Shown here one piece after another: positions 30,774-40,149 of a stretch of DNA of 64,000 nt. Position 1 is the first letter of the stretch; every line of letters begins with the position of its first letter. The stretch comes from an uncultured Opitutales bacterium. Lineage in GTDB: Bacteria; Verrucomicrobiota; Verrucomicrobiia; Opitutales; UBA2987. Where the stretch lies: contig CAZIUG010000008.1 of NCBI GenBank assembly GCA_964542645.1, positions 17,848 to 81,847 of the forward strand, in the 5' to 3' direction. Under the pieces are notes generated by a model that searched no databases, was not told the origin of the DNA, and was given only the letters and a program-made list of their open reading frames with translations. The position numbers and the translations under genes were made by a program.

Positions 30774-31934
30774 TCAATCGTACACACCCTCTCCTGTCTT
30801 ATGGGCCTCAATATAGTCCCAATCAAGCTCAACTCCTAATCCAGGGCCTTCAGGCACTTCGACACAACCTTTCTCATCGACCGAATCGAGCTCATCAAGC
30901 CAGCGCCGCTCGCAGAAGATTGGCGGTTTTGTGTTTGAAATCTTCGGATGTACAAGCCCGAGCTCATAATAGTTGGCGTTACGTAGGGTCGACATAATAT
31001 GCCGATGTGCTAAAGAGCCACCGTGCAACTCCACGTCTAACCCATGAGCTTCGGCCAGTGATGCAAGCTTCATTACACCCGTTATCCCTCCGTCGGCATT
31101 GGCGTTGGCGCGTACAAAATCGGTAGCTCCTGTATATATAGTGTCTGCCTTCGCCTCTAGTCCTCGGACATGCTCTCCCATTAACATAGGAGTCTTGATT
31201 AGTTCTCGGAGTTTTGCGTGTGCGAAACGTGAGAATCCCCCACCTCTAAAAGGATCCTCATACCACATGTAATGAGCCTCATCAACAGCACGCCCCACTT
31301 TAAGAACATCCTCAAAGGTCTGAAAAGCCCCTGCGGGATCCAGTAAAAGGTCCATTTTTTCTCCTACGGCTTCCCGTATAGCCAATACCGCATCAATTTC
31401 CCGGTCAATAGGACCGTTGACCCAACCATGAATTTTAAAAGCGGGGTATCCATACTCGTCTTTACAGTACTTGGCAAATTGGCCAAAATCTCCTGGAGTT
31501 GTGAGGCCTCCATTCTCATCACCATGATAGGTTGAGGCATATGCGGGGAGTTTTTTGCGCCAACCTCCTCCGAGGAGCTCGTAGACGGGAGCACCGTATA
31601 ACTTTCCAGCAAAATCCCAAAGAGCAATATCGACTGCTCCTGGTGGCGTACCGTCCGACGTTCTATTAGCACGTTTGAGATCATGCCAAATAATCTCACG
31701 GTCTAACGGATTCCGTCCTAGCAAATAGTGCGCACTCCTTTCATCAATCCCTCCAAGGGTCTGGCCACTAACACCAGCACTGGTTTCAATGGTTAGAATA
31801 CTCCCTTTTTGGGGCAAGGTTGCACCCGCCTTGTAAACGAGATCAAATCCATATCGTGACTCTAGGCTCAGATTTTCCGTTTCATGGCTAAACTGAGTAA
31901 CTGAGATTCGTGTAATCTTAATGTCCTTGGACAT
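30774..31934 (-). CDS. Enolase-superfamily (mandelate racemase subgroup) enzyme
   Basis: VDIALWDFAGK, KIH, LLDP / WYEDP / MGEH, ELHGG, PGLGVELD. Confidence 0.88.
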   Translation of the reverse strand: MSKDIKITRISVTQFSHETENLSLESRYGFDLVYKAGATLPQKGSILTIETSAGVSGQTLGGIDERSAHYLLGRNPLDREIIWHDLKRANRTSDGTPPGAVDIALWDFAGKLYGAPVYELLGGGWRKKLPAYASTYHGDENGGLTTPGDFGQFAKYCKDEYGYPAFKIHGWVNGPIDREIDAVLAIREAVGEKMDLLLDPAGAFQTFEDVLKVGRAVDEAHYMWYEDPFRGGGFSRFAHAKLRELIKTPMLMGEHVRGLEAKADTIYTGATDFVRANANADGGITGVMKLASLAEAHGLDVELHGGSLAHRHIMSTLRNANYYELGLVHPKISNTKPPIFCERRWLDELDSVDEKGCVEVPEGPGLGVELDWDYIEAHKTGEGVYD

Positions 31935-32274
31935 GAAATTCCTTTCGCTAATATTTCACAATGATAACCCCTACTCATTAAAACCCCATGATTAAGAATT
32001 TCTCGAGAAAAAATCCACCGAAATTAACCCATAGGATCAAAATTAAGCAATTTAGGCTATGTCTGATTATGAATATTCTTCCACCCAAACTGTAAACCAA
32101 TCTTACAGTACCACTCGAAAAGAATATTTTGACGTCTAATAGTAAGCTGTTCCCAAACCCAATCATCTCCTTTCTTGCATTCACAATAGAGCTATATTAA
32201 TGTGTTTATTTACAGACTAAGTCTTGGGTAATGCAGCTAACTACGAACCATCACTAGAAACTTCCTTTAGAACC

Positions 32275-33519
32275 ATGAATTCCGAACCACTCTCGAGAAA
32301 TCGCCACCATCCTCTTGAGGGTATCGAGAGACAGAATATTAAAATTACCGATCTGAAAGTCACCCTCCTCTCTGTCGAATATCCACCTGAGGAACAACTT
32401 TTGGTTGGCAAAGGGATTTGGTGGAAGTCGGATTCCATTATAGTCGAAATATTCACTGACCATGGGATCGTTGGTATTGGTGGTTCTAGCCGCTATAGCG
32501 GTCAGGGTTGCTGCATCCCGGTCAAAACATTTCTCGAGGCAATAGTAAAACCGGCATTAGTCGGGAAAAACCCATTTGATGTCCACAAGCTCGCCTGGGG
32601 AGGAGGAAGTGGTGTGGGCCGATCTGCCTGGGCTGGAGCCGAGGCCGCGATGTTCGATATTGTTGGCAAAGTAAGCGGTCGTCCGGTTTATGACTTGCTC
32701 GCTGTTGATGCAGAGCCAAACACCCACCTACGAGTATATGCCAGCGCCGGAGTCAAATACGCTTGGTACGACCGTCCCGAGCAGCTGATCGAAGAAGCGG
32801 CCGCGATTAAAGAGCAAGGGTTTACTGCTTACAAATTCCGACCTGGAACCTATTGGGATTACAGCGGTATAACAGTGGACAAGTTCATTCCCTACCTCGT
32901 TAAAGTCCGAGAATCAGTTGGTCCCAAATTTGATCTCGCACTAGAACTAAGGCCCTGGTCCCTTGAAGAAGCCCTCCAACTTGCTCCAGTTTTGGAAGAC
33001 TTAAATTTCACCTGGTTTGAAGAACCCATGGTGCGTAATAGAAAAGACTCATTCGAACAGCACCTTCGCCTTCAGGAAGCTCTGCCTACAGTTATGATCT
33101 CGGGTGGAGAAGGATTGATCAATCCGCATGAGTTGAAAGAGTGGTTCGACCGCGGTGCCTACGACATGCTTCAACCAGATGCCGGCCGGATCGGACTAAT
33201 GGAAGCCTGGCGGGTCATTCGTATGGCCGCCCTTGAAGGGAAACCGTTTTGCCCCCATAATTGGGGTGATGGGAGCTGCACCTTGGCTAACGCTGCTCTT
33301 GTCGCCGCTAGTCCTAATGCGCTCATGCTTGAACGCTTCGAAACCTTTGATCCACTTCGAACAGAAATCTTCAAGGAACCCCTAGATGTCGTGGATGGCT
33401 ATATGGATTTGCCTAATAAACCTGGATTTGGAGTCGATCTCGCGGAAAATCTGGAAGAGAAATTCCCCTATCTACCAGGTGGCTACAGCGATCGGCCAAA
33501 TACCATAATATGCGGGTAA
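32275..33519 (+). CDS. Enolase-superfamily (mandelate racemase subgroup) enzyme
   Basis: AEAAMFDIVGK, KFR, WFEEP, GGEG, QPD, CPH, PGFGVD. The ORF extends to 32224; ATG 32275 is preferred. Confidence 0.88.
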   Translation: MNSEPLSRNRHHPLEGIERQNIKITDLKVTLLSVEYPPEEQLLVGKGIWWKSDSIIVEIFTDHGIVGIGGSSRYSGQGCCIPVKTFLEAIVKPALVGKNPFDVHKLAWGGGSGVGRSAWAGAEAAMFDIVGKVSGRPVYDLLAVDAEPNTHLRVYASAGVKYAWYDRPEQLIEEAAAIKEQGFTAYKFRPGTYWDYSGITVDKFIPYLVKVRESVGPKFDLALELRPWSLEEALQLAPVLEDLNFTWFEEPMVRNRKDSFEQHLRLQEALPTVMISGGEGLINPHELKEWFDRGAYDMLQPDAGRIGLMEAWRVIRMAALEGKPFCPHNWGDGSCTLANAALVAASPNALMLERFETFDPLRTEIFKEPLDVVDGYMDLPNKPGFGVDLAENLEEKFPYLPGGYSDRPNTIICG

Positions 33520-33752
33520 CAGTTTGTACTGTATAGCTTCCGTGAATAAACTTTATATTAAGCACAGGATCTTAATAAGTAAAACTAACCGGATTAATCA
33601 GGCATGCGGTCCCAAACCATCCTATGATTTTGTTCTCTCCTGGGGTCAGGCGAACGTTTATAGAGCATAGGCTGCGGCCGACATTAATCTTTCAATTCGT
33701 CAAATTTTCTTGAACAATAGATAGTGCACTCGTGTGACGATGAGCCTCTAAG

Positions 33753-34547
33753 ATGCGCCAGAAGCTAACTAGTAAAGAGTGGGAAACCTTCGAGACACAA
33801 GGATTCGTTCGTCTGGGCAAGGTCGTAGACAATGATGAACTAGACAAGCTGCGAGTGCGCATAAATGAAATCATGATGGGAACAGCCCAGGTTCCTTATG
33901 ATCTCATGATGATGCAGCTTGATTCAAAAACTGGTGGATATAAGGATATGCCGAAGCAAACACTTGGCCATAAAGGAGCTACACTGGCTTATCGGAAAAT
34001 ACAAGGGCTTGAATTTGATCCCCTTTTTCTCAACTACCTTCAAAAGCCGCTTTTTCTGAATATTTGCGAACGAGCCTATGGCAAAGGAATTCCTTTCTCG
34101 ATTTTCCGAGCCATGTTCATGAACAAACCCGCTGGGAAGGGAACTGTGCTACCTTGGCACCAGGATAACTTCCCCGGAGTTGACAAGCCTCCCTTTATCA
34201 CTGTTTGGATGGCCTTAGATGATTCAAAAGTAGAGAACGGATGCGTTAAAGTCCTCCCTGGCTCACATCACCAATTCGAGATAAATGATCCTACTGTCTT
34301 TCTTAACCAAGAACAGATTAATGAAGTCCTCCCCCGCTATTCTGATGAAATGCTGGAATGCAAAGCTGGAGAAGGGTTTCTTTTGCACAATTTCCTGTTA
34401 CACAGCTCCGAGGTTAACTCAACAACTGAGCCTCGTCGTGCTTTCAGTGTCTGCTATATGAATGGTCGCTCCACCAGCATAAAAGATCATACGGGTTTTC
34501 CGATAGCTTTTGGTGAAGGCGCTCTAGTACCGAAGTCTATTGGGTAG
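33753..34547 (+). CDS. PhyH family dioxygenase
   Basis: WHQD, ENGCVKVLPGSH, LLHSS, RRAF. Confidence 0.9.
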   Translation: MRQKLTSKEWETFETQGFVRLGKVVDNDELDKLRVRINEIMMGTAQVPYDLMMMQLDSKTGGYKDMPKQTLGHKGATLAYRKIQGLEFDPLFLNYLQKPLFLNICERAYGKGIPFSIFRAMFMNKPAGKGTVLPWHQDNFPGVDKPPFITVWMALDDSKVENGCVKVLPGSHHQFEINDPTVFLNQEQINEVLPRYSDEMLECKAGEGFLLHNFLLHSSEVNSTTEPRRAFSVCYMNGRSTSIKDHTGFPIAFGEGALVPKSIG

Positions 34548-34671
34548 AATAGTGGGATTAAAGATTGAGATAGGGTTTATCTACAGGGGTAGTGCTATTT
34601 TTTCATTATAGTGTAGGAGACAAACCGGGTTTCTCGGCAAGAATTCACCTATCGGCAATGAAAGCTAAGCC

Positions 34672-35208
34672 ATGAAATCCTATTTCAAGCCATTGTTGAT
34701 TTCCTGTACCTTTACGTTTATGACAGAGATGCAAGCTGACAAAGAAAACTATACACCCATCGAGTTGATCGTCAAATCGGAGGCCGAATGGCAGCAAGAA
34801 CTGAATCATGAAGAATACCAGGTCCTTCGCAAAGAAGGCACTGAAAGGGCTGGCACCAGTGAACTTCTCAACGAGAAACGGTCAGGAATCTACACCTGTA
34901 CAGGATGCAACCTCCCCTTGTTCTCATCTGTAACGAAATTCGAAAGTGGAACCGGATGGCCAAGCTACCACGCGCCGATCGACTCCAGACATGTTGGAAT
35001 GAAGGTAGACAAAAAGCTCTGGACAACACGAACGGAAGTGCATTGTTCACGATGCGGAGGACACTTGGGTCACGTTTTTAAGGATGGCCCCGCTCCTACA
35101 GGTCTACGTTATTGTATCAACGGAGTTGCTCTTGATTTCGTCCCCATGGGAGAAGAAAATATCGGTCAAAGCGAACCCGATATCACCCACAAAGACATCC
35201 TAGATTGA
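34672..35208 (+). CDS. msrB: Peptide-methionine (R)-S-oxide reductase MsrB, with N-terminal signal-like segment
   Basis: GTER, CTGC and CSRC Zn ligands, SGTGWPS, HLGHVF, RYCING. Confidence 0.95.
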   Translation: MKSYFKPLLISCTFTFMTEMQADKENYTPIELIVKSEAEWQQELNHEEYQVLRKEGTERAGTSELLNEKRSGIYTCTGCNLPLFSSVTKFESGTGWPSYHAPIDSRHVGMKVDKKLWTTRTEVHCSRCGGHLGHVFKDGPAPTGLRYCINGVALDFVPMGEENIGQSEPDITHKDILD

Positions 35209-35249
35209 TCTGCTCTACCCGAACATTCTCAACTTGCTTCGTATTCTCT

Positions 35250-35849
35250 ATGTACCGATCTTCTCTACTACTTGCTTCTGTCTTTATTCTCTTTTCAACC
35301 ATCACGCAGGGGGAAAATCGTACTGCGCTATTTGCCGGCGGCTGTTTCTGGTGCATGGAATCCCCCTTCGACAAGTTAGCCGGGGTCATAGAGACGACTT
35401 CAGGTTACGCTGGAGGCAGTTTAGAGTATCCAACCTACAAGGAGGTTTCAACAGGGGAAACAACACATTTAGAAGTCGTTCAGGTGACATACGATCCTGA
35501 GAAGTCTAGTTTCAAAAAGCTGCTAGAAGTTTTTTGGGTAAACATCGATCCCTCAGACTCGCTTGGCCAATTCTGCGACAGGGGAAGCTCCTATCTGACT
35601 GCAATATTTTACGGTTCCAAAAACGAGGAAAAACTAGCACAATATTCCAAAAATTATGTGGCTAGAATAATAAAACAACCGATCGCTACAAAGCTTGTTA
35701 AACTGACTAAATTCTGGCCAGCGGAAACCTACCATCAAGACTATTACAAAAAGAACCCGAAGCGGTACAGATTCTACCGGAAAAAATGCGGTCGAGACAG
35801 ACGGCTAAAAGAACTCTGGGCTAGTAAACCATTGGTACTAGACATCTAG
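35250..35849 (+). CDS. msrA: Peptide-methionine (S)-S-oxide reductase MsrA, with N-terminal signal peptide
   Basis: FAGGCFWCME, SGYAGG, AETYHQDYY. The ORF extends to 35205; ATG 35250 is preferred. Confidence 0.95.
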   Translation: MYRSSLLLASVFILFSTITQGENRTALFAGGCFWCMESPFDKLAGVIETTSGYAGGSLEYPTYKEVSTGETTHLEVVQVTYDPEKSSFKKLLEVFWVNIDPSDSLGQFCDRGSSYLTAIFYGSKNEEKLAQYSKNYVARIIKQPIATKLVKLTKFWPAETYHQDYYKKNPKRYRFYRKKCGRDRRLKELWASKPLVLDI

Positions 35850-36103
35850 TCTTTGGAGGGATCGAAACGCAACGTCGTTCCCCAGCGAGTTACAACTTCA
35901 ATAATTACCGATTGATTAAAATATTTCCGTCTATGAGATCGCTGTATCAAAGTGCGTTTTCATAGTTTGATCTCCGCACCCCTTTGGAAACACGTCATCT
36001 CACTAGGTAAGCGTATCTCGTTGACTATTTAAGGGCGTAATTCCATTTAGATGAGTTAATCCCATTCGCCAATCTCTGGTTAAAATCTAAGGAAATAAAC
36101 AAC

Positions 36104-36700
36104 ATGCAAGCAATCGTCTTATCCGGCCAAAATCATCGATTCAACGAAAGCGCCCAGGTGATTCAAGACTTCCTGAATCAAAACGCTGAAATCAAGGCTG
36201 AATTGATCGAGGACAAGAATATCCTCCTAGATCTAAACCGATACGATGTCTGTGTATTTGGAACAGGGTTCACTGATCTGACTCACGAACAAGAACGCGG
36301 ACTGTTCGACTATGTTGCAGGTGGTGGTGGGCTTGTTGGTGTACATGGAGCTGCCTGGCAGATCCCTTCCCGCGCTGTCCCCTTGTTGGGTGGACATGCT
36401 AATTGGCATCCACCTGGTCTTACTTTCGAGGTCGAGATCGAGGACCACGAACATGAGATTACTTCTGGAATCCAGAGTTTCGAGGTTGACGACGAGATTT
36501 ATATGTCCGCTTGGGATCCCTCGATTCATATATTGGCATCAGCAATATGGGAGGATAACCCCGCCCAGCCTATGGCCTGGACCCAAAAATACGGTGAGGG
36601 ACGAGTGTTCTATACAACCCTTGGACATGGACCAGACACCTTTAAGCGGGAAATGATGCAACAAATGGTGACAAACAGTGTAGTATGGGCTGCTGGCTAG
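36104..36700 (+). CDS. ThuA-like (class I glutamine amidotransferase-like) domain protein
   Basis: GGGLVGVHGA, HEITSGI, DEIY, MAWTQKYGEGRVFYTTLGH. Confidence 0.85.
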   Translation: MQAIVLSGQNHRFNESAQVIQDFLNQNAEIKAELIEDKNILLDLNRYDVCVFGTGFTDLTHEQERGLFDYVAGGGGLVGVHGAAWQIPSRAVPLLGGHANWHPPGLTFEVEIEDHEHEITSGIQSFEVDDEIYMSAWDPSIHILASAIWEDNPAQPMAWTQKYGEGRVFYTTLGHGPDTFKREMMQQMVTNSVVWAAG

Positions 36701-36724
36701 TGGTTTAATTACTATTTGTTCGAA

Positions 36725-37864
36725 TTATAGCACCGCTGTCCGAATCTTCTCAAAATAGGAACGATCCCAATCGGCGCCCCATCCTGGGCCTTCAGGCGGA
36801 GCAATTCTCCCATTAACGGGAACAGGTGGATTTAACAATCCTATCTCCTTCCCTGCCTCATCTCGCGATCCGCACGGAAAATACTCGTAGTAGGTCGTAT
36901 TCCCAATGGCACACATCATGTGTGAGTGTACCAACCCAAATAGGCCTCCTGGCCCGTTTAGTTCGACAGTGGTATTGTGCAATTCAGCCATATGAGCAAG
37001 CTTCACAAGAGAGGTAACCCCATGTCGCGCATTAGCGCGAATCCGGTCTGTAGCACCTTTGATTAACCAAGTCGCACTCAATTTTAAATCATGCATCATC
37101 GATTCCAATGCCATGACAGATATATCAAGAGCTGCACAAAGCCGTTGTAAGGGAATCATATCTCGGTCCGGGAGGGGTTCCTCAAACCAAAGAAACCCAA
37201 GTTGCTCCAGAGCTCTTCCAACTTGCACGGCTTCTTCGAATGTATAGGTACAGACGGCGGCGTCGTGCAATAGCTCAACATTAGGGCCTATCGCTTCACG
37301 CACTGCTTCAGACCAAGCAACATTCTCACGCCCACGACCAGAAAAGTGGTCCTTCAATGCAGAAAAGCCCATATCTAGGGCTTTATGTGCGTCTTCAATT
37401 GCAGCCTTCTTGTCTTTACCACCGTAATTGTAGTAAGCGGGCGCCTCGGATCGTGCTCTACCCAGCATTCGGCAAACCGACATGCCCGAGACCTTTCCAG
37501 CAATATCCCAAAGACAATTGTCAAATGCACCGAACCATCCTGGCTGAATAAATATAAAGCGTGTCGCGTAACTCAATTTTGAGTTCAGCCTTTCGCGATC
37601 GAGAGGATCCTCTCCGACCGCAAGATGACGAAGATGATCAAGATCGCTCTGCAACATCTTGCGATAACGTGCATCACCCACCGTGCACATCCCCTCAACA
37701 CCGTCATCAGTCGTAACATGCATCACATGTATAACACCTTGAGCTTGTGTACTTTCCACACGAGACCAATAGCGCCAGGATCCTTCCTCCATATTGACCA
37801 GGTTAAAACGACCTGTTTCGCCCAATTTTTCAAAAACGGATAGAGTGATGGATTTGATCTTCAT
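36725..37864 (-). CDS. Enolase-superfamily (mandelate racemase subgroup) protein with atypical catalytic residues
   Basis: FDNCLWDIAGK, KDH, LLHD / WFEEP / ALES, PEGPGWG. RAN and ELNG occur at the usual Asp/His positions. Confidence 0.85.
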   Translation of the reverse strand: MKIKSITLSVFEKLGETGRFNLVNMEEGSWRYWSRVESTQAQGVIHVMHVTTDDGVEGMCTVGDARYRKMLQSDLDHLRHLAVGEDPLDRERLNSKLSYATRFIFIQPGWFGAFDNCLWDIAGKVSGMSVCRMLGRARSEAPAYYNYGGKDKKAAIEDAHKALDMGFSALKDHFSGRGRENVAWSEAVREAIGPNVELLHDAAVCTYTFEEAVQVGRALEQLGFLWFEEPLPDRDMIPLQRLCAALDISVMALESMMHDLKLSATWLIKGATDRIRANARHGVTSLVKLAHMAELHNTTVELNGPGGLFGLVHSHMMCAIGNTTYYEYFPCGSRDEAGKEIGLLNPPVPVNGRIAPPEGPGWGADWDRSYFEKIRTAVL

Positions 37865-38267
37865 ATTACGTTCACCTAAAAAGAAAGGGTTATAGATTTG
37901 CTTAAGGGCATTTGAACAATCAGGTAGATGAAACAGAATTTTTGATTTAAAATAATACCACCTAACCGGTTAATTTGATGTTTAAAAGGATCAAGTCAAT
38001 GTCACCAGGGTTAAAACAAAGAGACGCTAAACATGGTTCCCCAAAACACTAACGAGAAAATCACCTTAATGAAATCTACAAAATGGCGATTGTATTACAA
38101 TTCTAGATGGTCGAATTCTTTTCAATCCAGAGGAGCAATCTGTAGGTCAAATTTTCGATCTATCTTCAATCTAACACACAACCCAATCTAGAAAATTACT
38201 CCACCGAGGATTCAGCACACCGAATAAGGCTGGACATTCTTAATCTACGCTACACGATCTTGCGCAT

Positions 38268-38885
38268 ATGCGTATCATTGTGGTGGGCTGCGAGTACTCT
38301 GGCGTCAGCACCCTGATTGACGGGATCTTTCAGTGGGGCAAGGAACGTGGAATCAATCATCATCTGGACGACCATTTCACAATCCCTGACGGAATGCATC
38401 TCGCGCCTGCTGAGCAACAAGCAATGCTCGATATGCTACCAGCCATTAAAGAGCGCTACCAGCGCTTCCAAATTGCCTATCACGTTTTACTTCTACATAA
38501 ATACGACCATATCCTGCTTGGGGGTTTCCATATCGAGGAGAAAGTTTATGGCCCCAAGTATTACTATCCAGGAATCAATATCGAAATTCGGGAATATGAG
38601 CCAAAATTCCCTGATGATGTAGTTCTAGTTCACCTGTATGCGACTCCCGAAGTCATTCGATTACGTATGGATGCAGCTCCCCATCCCCACCAGCTCGTTC
38701 CTTCCAAAGACGTGGAAGAGGTTCTCGATAAATTCGATGCTGAAGTCCGATCTTCGTGGATTCAACGCCGATTCTCTATCGACACCTCCACTCTGACACC
38801 AGATTCGCTTGTAGAGGCGTTCCTGAAGGGATCGGTTCCATTCCTCAATACTGAAGATGGGAATAATAGGTTACTTCTTGGATAG
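38268..38885 (+). CDS. Hypothetical protein with NMP-kinase-like P-loop fold, degenerate Walker A
   Basis: IIVVGCEYSGVSTL, VVLVHLYATPEVIRLR, FSIDTS match the dNMP-kinase fold layout. Confidence 0.5.
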   Translation: MRIIVVGCEYSGVSTLIDGIFQWGKERGINHHLDDHFTIPDGMHLAPAEQQAMLDMLPAIKERYQRFQIAYHVLLLHKYDHILLGGFHIEEKVYGPKYYYPGINIEIREYEPKFPDDVVLVHLYATPEVIRLRMDAAPHPHQLVPSKDVEEVLDKFDAEVRSSWIQRRFSIDTSTLTPDSLVEAFLKGSVPFLNTEDGNNRLLLG

Positions 38886-38948
38886 ACGGGATATTCTACA
38901 GGGCCACTTAAATTAGTTTTGAAAAACAAGACAATATAACAACGGCAA

Positions 38949-39959
38949 ATGAGCTATTTAACAGACGGCCAGGTTAAACACTTTAACGAAAACGGCTATG
39001 TCGTAGTAGAGAACTGTATCGATGGGGAATCGCTCGATGCCATGATCGATGAGTATAGCGGAGTCCTGGATACTGTCATTAATAAACTCTATGAACAAGG
39101 GACCCTAAAGGATCGTTTCGAGGATCTGGACTTCGGAGATCGATTCATAGAGCTTGTGAAAGCTACAGGCAGTGCCCATTCACAACACTTTGATTTTTCT
39201 CTGCCCTTTCAAAACGTGGAACCCAATACTCCATTTTGGTTCGGCCCGGCTTTGCTGAACCTACTTACCCACAATGGCCTATTAGATTCAGTTGAGTCTC
39301 TCATCGGCCCTGAGATCTATTCTAATCCCGTGCAGCACGTGAGAATCAAGCCTCCCGAATCTATTATGCCTAAAGATGAATTGGGCAACCCTAGCCAAAG
39401 GGGTGCAACTCAATGGCATCAGGACAGTGGAGTCGTGGTCTCCGAAGCTAGTGAAACAGAAATGCTTACTGTATGGTTTTCACTTCAAGATACTGACCTA
39501 GAGCAAGGACCCCTCAAGGTTGTTCCTGGTAGCCATAAAAGGAAACTACTTACACACTGTCCAAATTACACTGGAAACGGTCCTGAATCTTCGGGAAAAA
39601 CTCAAATTCCAGAGAAGCTCTTTGAAGCTGATAAGATGAAGCCACTAACCGTTAAACGTGGAGATGCCATATTAATGAACCGCTACACCGTTCATGGATC
39701 ACTCTCCAACGTTAGCAACCGTATCCGCTGGAGCTTGGACCTTCGCTACAACCCCATTGGGCAGACCACCGGTCGTGAAGCTTTTCCCGGATTCATCGCG
39801 CGGAGCCGGCAGCACCCAGAGCGTGAGTTTCGTGATGCAACTAAGTGGAAGGAAAACTGGCTTGATACCCGTGAACGAATGTCCAAAATCAACCAAGGTG
39901 GACAAAAGGACATCAAGTTCGGACGATGGCAAGAAGAGGGACACCTTGATTGCGCCTAG
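38949..39959 (+). CDS. PhyH family dioxygenase
   Basis: FNENGYVVV, HVRIKPP, WHQD, LKVVPGSH, TVHGS, RWSLDLRY. Confidence 0.9.
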   Translation: MSYLTDGQVKHFNENGYVVVENCIDGESLDAMIDEYSGVLDTVINKLYEQGTLKDRFEDLDFGDRFIELVKATGSAHSQHFDFSLPFQNVEPNTPFWFGPALLNLLTHNGLLDSVESLIGPEIYSNPVQHVRIKPPESIMPKDELGNPSQRGATQWHQDSGVVVSEASETEMLTVWFSLQDTDLEQGPLKVVPGSHKRKLLTHCPNYTGNGPESSGKTQIPEKLFEADKMKPLTVKRGDAILMNRYTVHGSLSNVSNRIRWSLDLRYNPIGQTTGREAFPGFIARSRQHPEREFRDATKWKENWLDTRERMSKINQGGQKDIKFGRWQEEGHLDCA

Positions 39960-40149
39960 CCAGACTTGAGGTTTCGAAAAAGAATTACATTTGTGATATT
40001 CGACCGAATCCGTTGACGGCTATCTTCTTGGCCCTCTACCGAACAGTTGAATATTGTATCCTCCAGAGGAATCCTCATTCTATTATAAGCCATTATTTTA
40101 ATGGCCAATCTTCGCTGATTCGAGGGATTACGCGGATTATCAATCAGAT

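Noticed and set aside
31978-32184. 68-aa hydrophobic ORF between two divergent enolase genes
   Set aside because: AT-rich promoter-like spacer, GTG start without an RBS, and no motif. Likely spurious.
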